From NCBI GenBank assembly GCA_964016885.1, contig CAXHJY010001118.1:16077-80076 (forward strand): 64,000 nucleotides of DNA, in the 5' to 3' direction. This document shows positions 12,320-26,244 of the stretch, in pieces. Position 1 is the first letter of the stretch; the number at the start of each line of letters is the position of its first letter. The translations under genes and the position numbers were made by a program. Source of the DNA: Eledone cirrhosa. Its lineage: Eukaryota. The notes beneath the pieces are model-generated. The model made no database searches. It had not been told where the DNA came from and saw nothing but the letters and a program-made list of their open reading frames with translations.

Positions 12320-12941
12320 AAGATGTGATATGGTTCACACCATCTTTTGTACTTGATGTGAAAATTAATGTAGGTAGAAAATTCCTATCCCTCCTAAACC
12401 TCCACTTCCCTGTTGGCCATAAATACCTACATATATTCAATTGCCATACAGTGAAAATAGGCTACTTGTGTACCAATAACATTAAAACCCATATTACCAG
12501 CAAAAGTAAAAGCCCTCCACCATATGGATGCCCACTAGACCAACAGTGCAACACTCCAGTGGTGATACATCAAGCAGAAGTTACCTCCATCAACCAGAAC
12601 CACAAAACTGAAGCCTGACTTATGTCGGAACGACTGAGAGCTGGTTCAAAAACCAGTACATGAACCATGAAACATCCTTCAGAAAACCTGACCAAAAACA
12701 TGCCACCCAGCTCACAAACCATATATGGAGCCTTAAAAATAACGGCACACCTTTTTCCATCAAATGGAGTATATTAGAAAAATCTACCCCCTATGTTAAT
12801 GGAATGAAATTTTGCCGCCTATGTAACTCAGAAAAATGGAATATACTGTCTCAGCTGGCTTCAGATTAACACTGCTTAAATACAAGCCTTGACTGCTTTA
12901 GCCACTGTTCACATGAAATGAAATACATTCTGAGTAAATGA
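12320..12941 (+). mobile_element. Penelope-like element fragment (linker + GIY-YIG endonuclease)
   Basis: IWFTPSF..VGRKFLSLLNLHFP..HIFN..TVKIGY, CPLDQQC, VIHQA..YVGTTE, NHETSF, TQLTNHIWSLK and CRLCNSEK are typical of PLE C-termini; contains stops. Confidence 0.8.
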
Positions 12942-13102
12942 TATAGACCTGACTAACTAATTCCAATGTCAAGGAATATATTTTCTTTGAATTACTAATT
13001 TGTATGTCAAAGAATTTGGATTATTTGAGTTATTAACTTAGAATAAATTTCCCTACTCTTGATATTGGTTTTGGAACAGTTACCTCCCTTCAACTTATCT
13101 CA

Positions 13103-13292
13103 TAATTGTTTCTACTTTTTGGCACAAGGCCAATAATTATCCTAGTGCATTACTGGTACTTTATTTTATCGACCCCATAAGGATGAAAGGCAAAGTTAAC
13201 CTCGGCGGAATTTGAACTCAGACCTTAAAGGGCCGTAACTATGCTGCAAAGCATGGCGTCCGACCGTCTACCGATACTGCCAATCCACTGCT
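13103..13292 (-). mobile_element. tRNA-derived SINE family A
   Basis: tRNA-like head with B-box (ctgagttcaaattcc), core ctttgcctttcatccttatggggtcgataaaataaagtaccag, (ATT)n tail; several copies in the window. Confidence 0.85.
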
Positions 13293-13393
13293 AATAATTT
13301 TGGTTATTTACAGCTATTTTCGAAATTACCTGCCTTTGAAGAGCTCTTGGATAATATGTGTGTGCGCACATACACACACATCTCTCTACATAT

Positions 13394-16300
13394 ATCCCAC
13401 TCCTGGGTCTGGCCTTGTCGTAGTGAGTGTCTTTGTGTGTTCCCTAAATCCGAAAGAGTGTTACTGTCTGGAGATTGCTCCTGGTAGGGCCACCCTAGGT
13501 GGGCTGGTTACTCAGAGGGGGTTCCAGACCAACAGTGACCTGCAGTGTGTCGGCTCGCTGCCAGCAGCCCCATCATTTAACTATTCCACGGAGGGCCAAC
13601 AACCAGCCTAGAACACCAATATGTTACAAAACCGACCAGAAAAAACCTGACTGCCTAACATCAAAACAAACCCCTGCATGACCCCCACCAAAGAGAAATT
13701 GATTTCTGTCATAAAATTAGTGTTGCCACATGGAGTTTCCTGTTACTCCTTTGCCCTAGAACAGCCATCCTGCTGTCCCAAGAGCTATCACACTACAACA
13801 TTATATTGAGGGGACTCTGCAAGACACACTGGCCTGGCAGTGGGGAATTCAGTGCAGGAGACCACTGCCTCATTTGAAGTGGCCCTGGGGATATGATGGG
13901 CCTCTGCAGTGTGGCACTGGTTGGACCAAGCAAATTTGTAAGTCACCCATCAACTGGAACCCAGTGAGTGACTGTTAGCTGTCCGCCCATTTTCCACTGG
14001 CACTGGAAGGTGACTATCATTGTTGCCTATATCTCTACAGACATTGCAACCTGCTTCAACAGGTCCTAGGACAAATCCCACCCCGTGACATCATCATCAC
14101 CCTGATGGACACCAACACTACCATCTTTTCTTCCACCAGGCTCCCTCCAACCAATCCATTGCAGACGCAGCTCATTAGCACAACCTTTGCTGATCCATCT
14201 ACTAATGACAACGGTGATCACCTGCTGCTCCTCTGCTATTACAACAATCTGTGTATTACTGACACCTGGTTCCCCTGCAAACTCATGCATCACTGGACCT
14301 TGTACTGTCTGGATGGTTACACCGGGAGGGCAATCGACCACATCATCATCTCCCGTCACTTGAGATCGTTTATCACCAACTTCCAGGTTTACAGAGGAGC
14401 TCAACTAGGCAATACTGATCATCAGTTGCTGGTTGTGTCACTGAGGCTGAGGTTGCAAGCGGACCCTGACACCAAGTACCAGTTCCACCCTGACTCATCT
14501 TGTCTCCTTGATCCCAACATCACCTCTACATTTGCATGCTCCATTGCCAATTGCTTCAGCGTCCTGACCAAGGATGAGACTGACAAGTTGGTGATCTTTA
14601 AATCAAGTGTCAACCAGTTTGCAAGCGACGTCCTGGTAAACACAGGACTTCTTACCAAATGGTCGGAGATTTCACTGCGGATGCTGGAGATAACTGTTTC
14701 CACAAGGCTCACCTGTGTGGCAGCATGAATGAACACTGCTGGCTCAACCAGATATGCAACAAGGCGATCATGGATGATTGAGAGAAGTTTTGAGCAGAAA
14801 AAGATGAGCTCCTAGAGACAGCAGCAAGGAACAACCTCAGCCAGGTATTCAACAGACTCCACAGAGCCTGTCCCAGTCCCTGGATCAAGACAGCCCTGGT
14901 GAAGGATACCAATGGCAACGTCATCACCACTGAAACCACCTGCCTCAAACTCTGGAGGGAGCATTTCAGCCTTCTACATCACCCACCTGTCCCAATCAAT
15001 CCCTGCCTAACCCTCACTACAGACAACTGCAACCAACGACTCCTGTAGACTCAATCCTGTTACTTACCATGAAGTCAGAACCACTCTGAAGAAGCTCATC
15101 CCCTGGAATCTGCAATATCTCTGCAGAGATGTTGAAAGCAGACGGAGATAACATGATCCAGTGGCTCACCCATATCATCAACCATGTATGGGTGTCAGAG
15201 TGGCTCCCAAATGATTGGACTCGAGGCATTATCCTCCCCTTCTGGAAATGGAAGGGTGACAAACTTGTCTGCAGCAACCACAGGGGCATCACCCGTCTCT
15301 CCATCCCAAGCAAGATCTTCACCAAGATCCTCTTCAGCTGTGCATCTTCACAAAATTAAAGGTGGACGTTGCCCACAATATGCTAGATGCATTCCTAATC
15401 AATCCACCACTGACTACATTTCTGCCCTCTACCTCATTATTGAAAGATCTTGGGAGTTCTGTAGAGATTGCTGCCTTTATGTCACCTTCATCAACCTGAA
15501 GGCATTCTACATGGTTAACCATGCATCCTTCTGGAAAATTCTCCAGCTTGTTGGCACTATTCTCAAGATCACCACTCTGTTCCAACGATTCTATAGCAGT
15601 ACTGAGAGCTGTGTGTGGGTGAACAGGAAGGATTTTGACTGGTTCCCCATCAACAGTAGGGTCAGACAGGGCTGCATCGCTGCCCCTGACCTCTTCAACT
15701 GTGTCATCGACTATCTGATGACCAAGGTCTGTGAGCGAGTTTCTGGTATTACCTTCGGGAATTATCATCTCACTGACTTGGAGTACACAGATGACAGCAC
15801 CCTATTCAGCAACTCGATCAATCAGTTAAGAGATGCACTGATCATATACTGGGAGGGATCAACAAAGCTGGATGAAGACAAAGCTGACGCAAGTCGACAA
15901 TGGCCTGGATTCTCCTCCATTTCATATTGGCCCTGATGCCGTGGCTGCTGGGGTCATGCACTCCCTATGGAAGCCCCTTTGGCACCACTGCTTAATCTCC
16001 CAGAAGACAAAGCTCCATTTTTACAATGCATCGGTCCTCTCCGTTCTCCTTTATGGAGCAGAAATATGGAGCCTCACAAGGACCCTGGCAGAGAGGATTG
16101 ACCATCAAAAACACCACCATGTCACCAACAAAGTGTTGCGTGCACACACACATCAGCCCACCACTGGCATGGACATGTCTTCTGCTTTCCACCAGATCAT
16201 CCTACCAGGGCCTTACTATAGTTTGATGCAGTGGCTGCAGGCTGGAAGAGGCCACATGGCAGGCCCCACACCAGATGGCTGGATGTCATCAGGCTTGCCA

Positions 16301-16443
16301 TCACCTTGGAGGATGCAGAGGAGCTGGCACGGGACTGCCAGCGATGGAGGGCACTGGTGGACCTGATCAGGTCTATGCACAATAAGGTTTCTGGTATCAC
16401 TAGCTTAGGATGACCCCAGCCTCGTTGAGGAAGAAAAAGAAGA
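13394..16443 (+). mobile_element. Near full-length degenerate RTE-clade LINE (second family)
   Basis: RTE-like 5' UTR (ccttgtcgtagtg...gggccaccc). EN remnants (IDHIII, TDHQL); RT remnants (NHRGITRLS, VRQGCIAAPDLF, LEYTDD, SVLLYGAEIW, GRPHTRW); (GAA)-rich tail. Confidence 0.88.
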
Positions 16444-17123
16444 TTATATACATATATTAATTTTTAACAGTGATAGCAGACATAGATACATCACACATCT
16501 TTCTAGCTGACACAATGTCCAGTCCAATTTATATCTGCCGTCACTGTTAGAAATTAATTCACACCACGAGGTATTCACACCACTTGGAACATGACAGATA
16601 TAAAGGTATTTTGTACTTTATTGAAACTTGTACCAAAATCGATAGTTGGTAATCGATGATCACTTGCTTACATCAATTTTCAATCTGATTCTAGGGACTA
16701 AAATGGCAGTCGTAAGGAATATAATAACTTTTCCACATTATAGTATATACGGTTTCCTAAATATTATATGCTTTTTATATAAATGTACAAAATACTATAT
16801 GTTTCTTTAATGATATATGGTTATATACATACATTTTTAATTTGAATTATTGATCTGGACAAATGTCTATTGAGCTTTCTGCTGAGAAACATATTCATCA
16901 TACATATATATGTCATGAAAATTTAGATTAGTATACATCATCAGCGTTTAACATCTATCTTCCACGCAAGCCTGTTACATACATATATGTGTGTGTGTGT
17001 GTGTGTGTTTCTGTGAGAGTCCCTGGTTTGATCGGGGGTAACCACAGTAAGTAAGGTACTCAATACATTAGTAGAGTGTAAACATCAAATTTCTAGTCCT
17101 GTAGAAGTCATTTCTATATTAAA

Positions 17124-17154
<31 letters not shown>

Positions 17155-20100
17155 ATAACTAAAGTTTCAGTGTATCAAACAAAAATTCCTTTGGTATTCA
17201 CTTCCATCGTGGTTACATTCAAGAAGAATTGCTGGAATAGATATAACCAACAAAACCTTTGAAGATTGTTTCCCAGCATTACTGTAAGCGAATGTCTGAA
17301 TCTAGTAAAGCAGCAAAAGAATAGCTTGAAAATTGAAAATTATTTAATGATTTAAAACCAAGCCATTTGGCAAAAAGTTTAGTTTTATCTATCACAAATT
17401 CCTTTTCTTCCATCCTTCAATTTTAGATTCCTTTCCCTGTCAGTTGGAGGGTTTTGCAAATTTGAGCATTTGAAAATCAAGTTGTTTTATGATAAAGGGT
17501 ACATAACTCCTGATAGCGTTGTAGGGCGAGGTTCTGAAACACATTGGGCATTTTAAACCTGGTGGAGTCAATCTCTTTTCAGCCAGAATACAGCTGATTT
17601 CTTAAAGAGAAAAAGAGAGAGAGAAAGAATCGACTGCACTATTTATTTATTTACCTCAAAAGGCAAAGTTCATTTTTGTAGGTAACACTGTATATAGAAG
17701 CTTAATGAAATAACTATAACTATATTTTGAACTTATGGCTATGTAGTCAATAAATTGGGAGAGGAAGAATATTTTTTTATATGTGTGTGTGTGTGTGTGT
17801 GTGTAGGTGTGATCCACATAGTTAATAGTCCAGTACCTTAGGCCTACAGAAATCTTCCTTAAAGCGTTTACTGCAGCCATTACTATTTGTCATTTTCTTT
17901 TTCCACAGAGAGAACATGGGAGACAACTCTTATAGGTAGACCTACAGTTAACAGATTAATAGCAACATAATGAAATGTCCAACTTAGATATTCAGAAATT
18001 TATCTATTATTTAAGAAACAATTATTTAATTTGTCATACCATTTTACACTTCTGTTGATATGGACAAGCTTCATGCATATGAATTATTGTAGACCACATT
18101 TTTTTACTCAAGGTCATCCTTCCAGAGCTAACATTTCAACCAAGCTGCACACCTACACAATTGAGATTACTTATCACAATTTTCTTTCATTTTCATAGCG
18201 TGAAACTAATAACATTTTGTACTGCCTCTTCGCTTCCCCGTTGCTTTTTTGTTTTTTGTTTATTGTCTCAATTATAATATATATATATATATTCTATATA
18301 GCTAAGATAGCTTCAGTAGTGGTACATTCTTAGCTAAATTCATCAACTAACTTTCTTTCAATGATACTCTATCTTCTGTTTCATACAAGTGATACAGATT
18401 CTTTTGTTTTTCTTACTGATTCTAACCATATTCCAAACTCGATACTTTACCTTTCTCTATGTCACAGTATGTCTTATGTAATATCACCAGATCTCTACAA
18501 CAAAGTGTCTCAAGCCAATAAGAGTGGTTCTACATGGCCACTCAATTTTCTAGAAATAGCAGTCAAATCTCCTTGAAATCACACCTAACCATCTTAAGAA
18601 TGGACACATTGTGGTCTTGAGTTCCCTGCACATAGAAACAAAATTAAGATGATCACAGCTGGAATGGCATTGATCATAGGATCAGAGTTGACATGTGATT
18701 AAACAATAATTTCAACCAGAGTATTTCTTTAATTCTTAACATCCTGTAATGCTTTAAAAGAAAATATCTATTTGTTAATTCAAATAGTATCTTTACTAAT
18801 GAACAGATCAAAAAAATTTGGAGTAAACTAATGTAAAGTTTAATGAGACAGTCATAATGGTGTTTTGTACTTTTCAAGGATGTTTTGCTAATGCAATTTC
18901 ATGTGGCACAACATGCTAAGAGTTAATAAGCTTGTATTACTTTAACATTCCATTGCTGTTTATATATTACAAGATCTTAGTATTTTGCAGCTTTTTATAC
19001 AATATTAACGTCTAAACCCATGCTGGCATGGAAGATAGATGTTAAACGATGATGATGATGATGATTAACTCTAATACATCCTATTCCTATCTACAGTTCA
19101 TTTATCGTAACCAGACTACGCTTCACATTCTAGCTTTGCTCTGAAGGTGTCTGCTTGTAATTCTTATCTTTCATCTGGATTAAGCTACAAGAACATCCAA
19201 TTACTCTGGCCTAAAATCTTCCTTCATCTCTCCTGCAAATTCAAATGCTTACTCTACTGTTCTCGCCAAGAACTATTCACCATCCCTTATTCTGTATCAA
19301 TGGCATAGATCTCACTTTCTGAATCATCGAAGACATCCTCCTCAGTGATTTCACCATGTTTGAGAAGTTGTGAGTAAGAGGATTCTGCAAAGTTGGGTTA
19401 AGTATGTAGCAAGCAAAAGTGCTACTTTATCGCGGCGGAGTAATTTGCTCATGCTTGGTCAGTCGCCAGCCCTTAGGGTTGGTGGCATAGGAATACTATC
19501 AGTACATCATCAAATTGCTATTTTTATGAATTGTACCGTTGTGAATCTCTCTTGAACGCCTTTCTGCTACTATTACAACAAAAGTACTTATTACTAAAAG
19601 TATATAGAGGACTGGCTACAATTTGAAGGATGTGAAGGTTTGCAGGCTGTGCACAGTCAACAATGTTTTTTTGCTTTACAGTATTGCAGTAGTTAGTGGC
19701 AGGTTGCTGAAAACTGGTTTTGAAGATGAGAAAATAATCAAGAATGTTTAGAATGTTTGTACATCGGTCAGGAATACATATGAGGAATGATATTGTTGTA
19801 GATAGTTCAGGACTGCAGAAGATTCTGTTACTGCCACAGTAACATTGGCTCTTTCCCTCAAAGCTAGCAAATAACATATCACATCCAGCTAAGCATTCAT
19901 CTCACCCCTCTTGTAAACCACACTGTGTACCCCCTTACTTGTATTTACTTGTACTCATGTCAGCATTCACCCAGGATGGATAAAACCAACTCCAAATGGT
20001 GAATTTACAGTATTGTAAAAAGAGACTGCTGATGCATGGTGCTGATCATAGACATCTGATTTAGATATTGTTCGCCAGTCACACTTCCAGCAGCAGATAC

Positions 20101-20959
20101 CAATTAATTTTGCAAATCTCTGTTGGTGCAGTTGTTCTTGTTTATACATGTTGGTTTGTATGTATATGATTTAATCTTAATTACATTTTGGATTTGTTTA
20201 TGTATATGATACTTATTTGTATGTAAATAATTGTTTCTACTTTAGGCACAAGGCCAGCAATTACCCAGTTCATTACTGGTACTTTATTTTATCGACCCCG
20301 TAATTTGTATGTAAATAATGACACTGAGGTTTATTCCTTTTGCATTGCCTTTTCATGTCGTAGTTTGTATTTTTCATCTTGGATTCATTTTGCTTATTTC
20401 TTTAACGGCATGGGTGTTTCCTTGATTATTATTTCTTAGGTTTATATGTTGGGTTGTATGAACTAGACTTCCCAATGCATGGCATTATGTCATCTAAGTG
20501 GATAGTTTGAGGGTTTAACGTTGAGAGACAATGGGAGGGGTGGGGCATATTATGTAATGGAGTCATAGTCATTGCAGATGATAATAGCTTTGGTTTTATT
20601 ATATAGAAACTATGTAATATGACAGCTGCAGCTTGATAATGTCTGTCTTGCCCATTTGGTGGCTACTGTGGTCCAGTTACATATGCTGATTTTGGGAAGA
20701 TGGGTGGTCCGTGTTTGATTTGCCAAATTTGGAAGATGAGTAGTTTGGTTTGGTAAGAGTTCTGTGTGCAGGTTAGCATTTGGTTTAGGGTGTTTGCTGA
20801 GTGTTTGCAGACTCATTGGAGCAATAACGGTCTTATTTACATATATATGAGGATCAGATATTAGCTCAAGATCTGACTTGATCATGCTAATTCACTTTTA
20901 CAGTTATCCACCTTGCCATTTATACCATCATGGAAAGGGCTCTTGTTTAACTACATCAT

Positions 20960-21180
20960 ATATAATAATGATAATAATGAAAATAATTGGGGACAGTGTT
21001 CATGTGCACTACAACTCATCAAAGGTGCATGTTTAGTGCATAGAATAATATACAGATGTCAGGAAAGTGAACAGTGTATGAGTCATGATATACACACAGA
21101 TACATGTGTACATGTGTATGGAGGGGGAATATCAGGTGTAGTGTTGGCAAATTTCGGGAAGCATGGAAGTTTTGAAGGAT
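20960..21180 (-). mobile_element. CR1-type LINE 3' end fragment
   Basis: Reverse complement of the 3' UTR seen at 30770-30970; (ATT)n tail. Confidence 0.75.
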
Positions 21181-21573
21181 GAGTTCAACTCATAGGTGGT
21201 AGATAAATGACCAAACTAATGGAAGTATGTTTTGAGTAGGAGTTGTTGGAAGAAACTGATCCAGCAGCACTGACAAATTTCAGTGTTTGGTACAAAATCC
21301 AATGTGTAAACATAGATGATTCAGCAAAGGCAAAAGAGGTAAAAATATATTAAAAAGTCTCTTAACAGGTATTGCACTAATAATAATAATGAAATATTGT
21401 GTACAGTGCTCAGGTGCACTACAACTCATCAAAAAGTGTATGTATAGTACAAAGGGTAATGTACAAACATCATGGCCTCTCCTGTATGTCAACATTAATA
21501 TTCTCTTCCCATCAACATTTCTCATGCAGTCATTGAGTAAGAGATGTTTAAATTTAATATCAACTACATTTAA

Positions 21574-21793
21574 CCCTTTAATGTTCAAACCGGCCAAAAG
21601 CGGCCAGAATTCTCTACCTCTTTCTGTTGAAACTGGCAGTAACTGGCCACGCATACTGATGTTAAGGTATTGTTCTCAAAATAAATACTTTCAAAATCTC
21701 ATAGATTCAATATTATGTGAGATAATTATGCGAGGTATAGCCGTTACCATGAAAATATAATAGTATATATAGAGTAATGTGAATACTAAAGGG
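21574..21793. mobile_element. piggyBac-type MITE
   Basis: ttaa|ccctttaatgttcaaac ... gaatactaaaggg|ttaa. Confidence 0.8.
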
Positions 21794-21797
21794 TTAA

Positions 21798-22165
21798 AAC
21801 CTCCATACTTCCTGAAATTCGCCAACACTACACCTGATATCCCCCTCCATACACACGCACACATGTATATCATGTTCACTTTCCTGACATTTGCACATTA
21901 ATCGGTAGAGGGTCGGACGCCATGTTTTGCAGCATAGAGTTACGGCCCTTTATGATCTGAGTTCAAATCCCGCTGAGGTTAACTTTACCTTTTATCCTTA
22001 CGGGGCTGATAAAATAAAGTACCAGTAATACACTGGGATAATTGCTGGCCTTGTGCCAAAAGTAGAAAAATTACTCTATATACTATACATGCACCTTTGA
22101 TGAGTTGTAGTGCACCTGAGCACTGTACACAATAATTTCATTATCATTTTATTATTATTATTATT
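21798..22165 (+). mobile_element. CR1 3' UTR fragment interrupted by SINE family A (21901-22073)
   Basis: CR1 sequence stops at ...gacatttgcacatta and resumes at ttactctatatactatacatgcacc after the SINE. Confidence 0.75.
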
Positions 22166-22899
22166 AATCCCGCCAGTCTGAGAAGAAGTTATGGGTGTAG
22201 CAACTTTCTCCTGACAAACATCATAAAAAGAAAATACTGAAAAAAAAAATACAAGCATCATGCTTTAAAATTCCATATGAAAATGCAATATAAACAAGTG
22301 TAACTGTACTATGCAGTTTGTAAAAGGGATTTGAATCAAATGAAGATGTTATCAGCAGATGATGAGGACAATTGAAGGCTAATTATACCAATTACATGTC
22401 GTTTAGCCCCAGTTCAGTTCTTATTCAGAAAATCTATGATCACAAGTGTTCAACCTGTGATAATGCAGTCTTTTCTTTGAGATGGTATATCCAGGAGAGT
22501 ATTAGCCAATGTGCCCATCATTTAAAATAGTAGGGGTGATCTGAGTGAGATTTGTCTGCTATTTCTAGCAACTTGAGCCACCATATTGAAGCTCCCTTGT
22601 TGTAGATAGGTCACATAAGTTAACTAGTATTTGAAATAGTTAACAATAGCACATTGTCTAGCATACAGTAGTTGTATATTTATATTAGCAACAAATAGAA
22701 TATCTCATTGTATGAAATATAGATGTGGTGGTTAACTTCATATATTATAAAATCATGTGTGTATTGTATTTTTAGAAAACTGAAAATGAAGGGTGAGAAG
22801 AATGAAAAAGAAGAGCAGTTGGTGAGAAGGAAGATATGGAAATGACAAGATCAGGCGACTACAGAACACACACACACACATACATATATATATATATGG

Positions 22900-25350
22900 A
22901 AAGTCTGAACACTCAATGACAATGTCACAGATAAAGATAAATTCACCTCCCGTTGCAGGATGAGAATGCAAGGACCCCTCTTTATTTCAGACATGGATAA
23001 CCAACATAATTCCGTCTCCCACACCCCTCCCTGCCCCTCCAACCCATCCATTCCACTCTCCCAACTTCAGAGTTGGTACCATGAATGTAGGCACATTGAA
23101 AGGTCGCTGAAATGAGGTTGTAGAGATGCTTGAACGTAAAGAAGTTGGTGTTTGTTGTGTTCAAGAGACTAGGTGGAGAGGTGGGTCTGCTAGATTCATT
23201 GTGGGTAAAAAACGATGCTATAAACTTTTCTGGGTGGGAAATGACAACGGACTGGGTGGAGTAGGAATTATGTTAGCTGAAAAATGGGTAGATAAGGTAA
23301 TTGATGTAAATAGAGTTAATGACAGAATAATTAAAATAGGACTAGTTCTAAATAGAACTACTGTGACAATAATATTCGCTGATGCACCCCAATCTGGTCT
23401 ACCTGACCTTATAAAGGATAGGTTCTATGAGTCGCTAATGCACTCTACCTCCCAAATAACCGACAGCGACTACTTAATTATTGCTGGTGACCTAAACAGT
23501 CACAAGTTTGACAACATAGTGATGGTTATGATGGAATCCATCGAGGCTATGGGTTTGGTACTAGAAATGAGGAAAGCTTCAGAATCCTGGAATTCTGTGA
23601 CACTAATAACCTAACTATCTGTAACACAAACTTCAAAAAATGAGAAAATCACTTGATCATCTACAGGGGAAGATGTGACAAAGTTGTAAACACTAAATCC
23701 CTCCCCCGTGAAGAATGCACCTCCCAACATAGCCTAGTAGTTAGTGACCTCATAGTCAGGAATAGATGTACTCGACGGCAGAGGAGGACTACCTTGAGGA
23801 GAAGAATATAGAAGTTGAAGGACCCCACAGCCAGTGACAAATTTAAAAGCTTATTACTTGATGCTTTTGACAGTAAGGAAGAGCAATTAGAGATGTACAA
23901 TATAGAGGAACAGTGGGAATTCTTGAAAGTGAACCTGCTGAAGGCGACGAATGAAATCTGTGGCTGGAGCAGACATATTGGCAGGAGGAGAGTAACTAAG
24001 TGGTGGAACAGTAAGGTCGAGGAGACAATAAAGGCCAAAAAGCAGGCTTGGAAAGTATGTCAGGTTGGGGGAAGTAGAGAACACTATCAAGTGGCCAGGA
24101 GAGAAGCTAGGAGACAAGTGTACTTTGCAAAAAGGGAAGCAGAGGATAGAAAGTTCAAGCATGTTCTACAACATGAGGACCAAAAACATGAGGTGTTCAG
24201 GATTACTAGACAAGGTGTCAAGGAAAACCGTGATATTGTCGGGGAGAAGTGTATCCGTAATGATAATGGTGTACTTGCCCTCACTGATACTGATAAGAAG
24301 GTAGTTTGGAAGTGTCACTACGAGAGACTATTAAATGAGGAGAATAAATGGGAAAAATGTAGTCTGCCCCAAATCGATCCAATAGAAGGACCAGTAGTGC
24401 AAGTTAAAGATAGTATAATAAGTAAGGCAATCAAAGATATGAAGACAGGCAAGGCAGCTGGGCCTTCAGAGATAGTTGCTGAGATGTTGAAAGCATCTGG
24501 AATGGTGGGACATACTATCGTCCCCGGATAGTAAACCAAGTAATACAGAATGGGGTCATACTAAAAGACTGGCATAGCAGCAGCATCATCATTAACTGCT
24601 ACAATGGTAAAGGGGATGCTCTAGATAGGGGAAACTATAGCGGCATTAAGTTAGTTGACCAGGTCATGAAGGTTACAGAAAGAGTTATAGCGCAACTAAT
24701 CAGAGAGCGAATTGATCTAGATGAAATGCAGTTTGGGTTTGTGTCAGGTAAAAGTACCACAGCTGCTCTTTTCCTTGTACAACAACTACAGGAGAAGTAC
24801 CTAGCTAAAAGTAAACCCCTCTACTTAGCTTTTGTAGACCTGGAGAAATCCTTTGACAGAGTCCCCCGCTCCATTATCTGGTGGGCTCTTAGAAATCTAG
24901 GTGTAGATGAATGGCTTGTGAGAGCTATATAAGCCATGTATAAAGAAACAGTCAGTAAGGTTAGTTAACAATGAATATAGTGAAGAATTTAGTGTAAAAG
25001 TTGGTGTTCATCAAGATTCTGTCCTTAGCCCCCTCCTATTTATTATTGCCCTTCAGGCTATAACAGAGGAGTTTAAGATCGGCTGCCCATGGGAACTTCT
25101 ATACGCAGATGATCTAACTCTCATAGCTGAATCTATGGCTGAACTAGAGAAGAAATTCCAAACATGGAAGCATGGCCTAGAATCAAAAGGCCTTAAAGTT
25201 AACTTGTCTAAGACTAAAGTTCTAGTATGTAGAAAGGAAAATAGGGCACAGGTGCCCTCTGGGAAATGGCCATGCTCAGTGTGTAGGAAAGGAGTAGGTA
25301 GAAATTCCATTTTATGTCCCAAATGCAAACTATGGGTTCATAAAAGATGG
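22900..25350 (+). mobile_element. RTE-PHD LINE, 5' part (AP endonuclease + RT + start of PHD), 3'-truncated and frameshifted
   Basis: FRVGTMNVGTL, CCVQETRW, IIAGDLN, GKAAGPSEI, FVDLEKSFDRV, LLYADD and WPCSVCRKGVGRNSILCPKCKLWVHKR; closely similar to 6699-8623 where they overlap. Confidence 0.93.
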
Positions 25351-26208
25351 GATATCTTGGCTAGGGCCCAACAGTTCAATGGATGAAGAAAATCTTGTGC
25401 CCTCTGTCTTACCGAAGCATATTACATAACTCTATCACGACCTCTACCGATTAACGATAGAACGGAGGTAACTATTAGCTGTCAACATTGAAGGGCTAAT
25501 TCCTTCGCCAACAGAATATTTGACCCAACATAGTCATCTAGCCCCATTTTTACTTGTAGCTAATAAGTTAAATAGCTCTAACTAACTCAGATAATTATAA
25601 GTTACCTCCCTTACCTTGTCTCTCAATTAAAAAATTGGCACTTAACTATATACCCACAATTTCTAATCTCTCGGGGAGTTACTTCCCCTGAAACCACCCT
25701 TTAATTAGTAAGGTAAATATGTCCATTGGCGGCCATCTTGTTACCCATAGGCAGATCTCACACAATGCAGCCTCGACAGAAGAATACTGCTCAACTATGA
25801 CAGACAATCGATATACCCAGGACACCACATATATGGAACATTACATTTAAATAATAATAATAATAATGAAATTATTGTGTAAAGTGCTCAGGTGCACTAC
25901 AACTCGTCAATATAGTACATAGAACAATACACAAATGTCACATTCTTTCCTTATTTTAATTTATATTCCTTTTGAAGTTTCGATGAGCTGCTCTATCTTT
26001 ACCTATGTTAATTATTTTCAACTGAACCAGATCAATAATGATATATAATCATTTGATCCAGAAATATTATATGGAGTAGTGAAACAATTGTAAACGGACA
26101 TTATTATTATTAATATTCTCTACATTCCTTACTTCAAACTAAAATATGTTGACAATCTTTTAATAATGTCTTCCTTGTGAAATTTGTGGTCTTGTTTTGC
26201 TTAACTAA

Positions 26209-26241
<33 letters not shown>

Positions 26242-26244
<3 letters not shown>

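Noticed and set aside
19050-20110. Possible Gypsy-like gag/protease remnant with TGGTATC PBS-like motif on the minus strand
   Set aside because: Motifs too degraded to support; no LTR pair identified.
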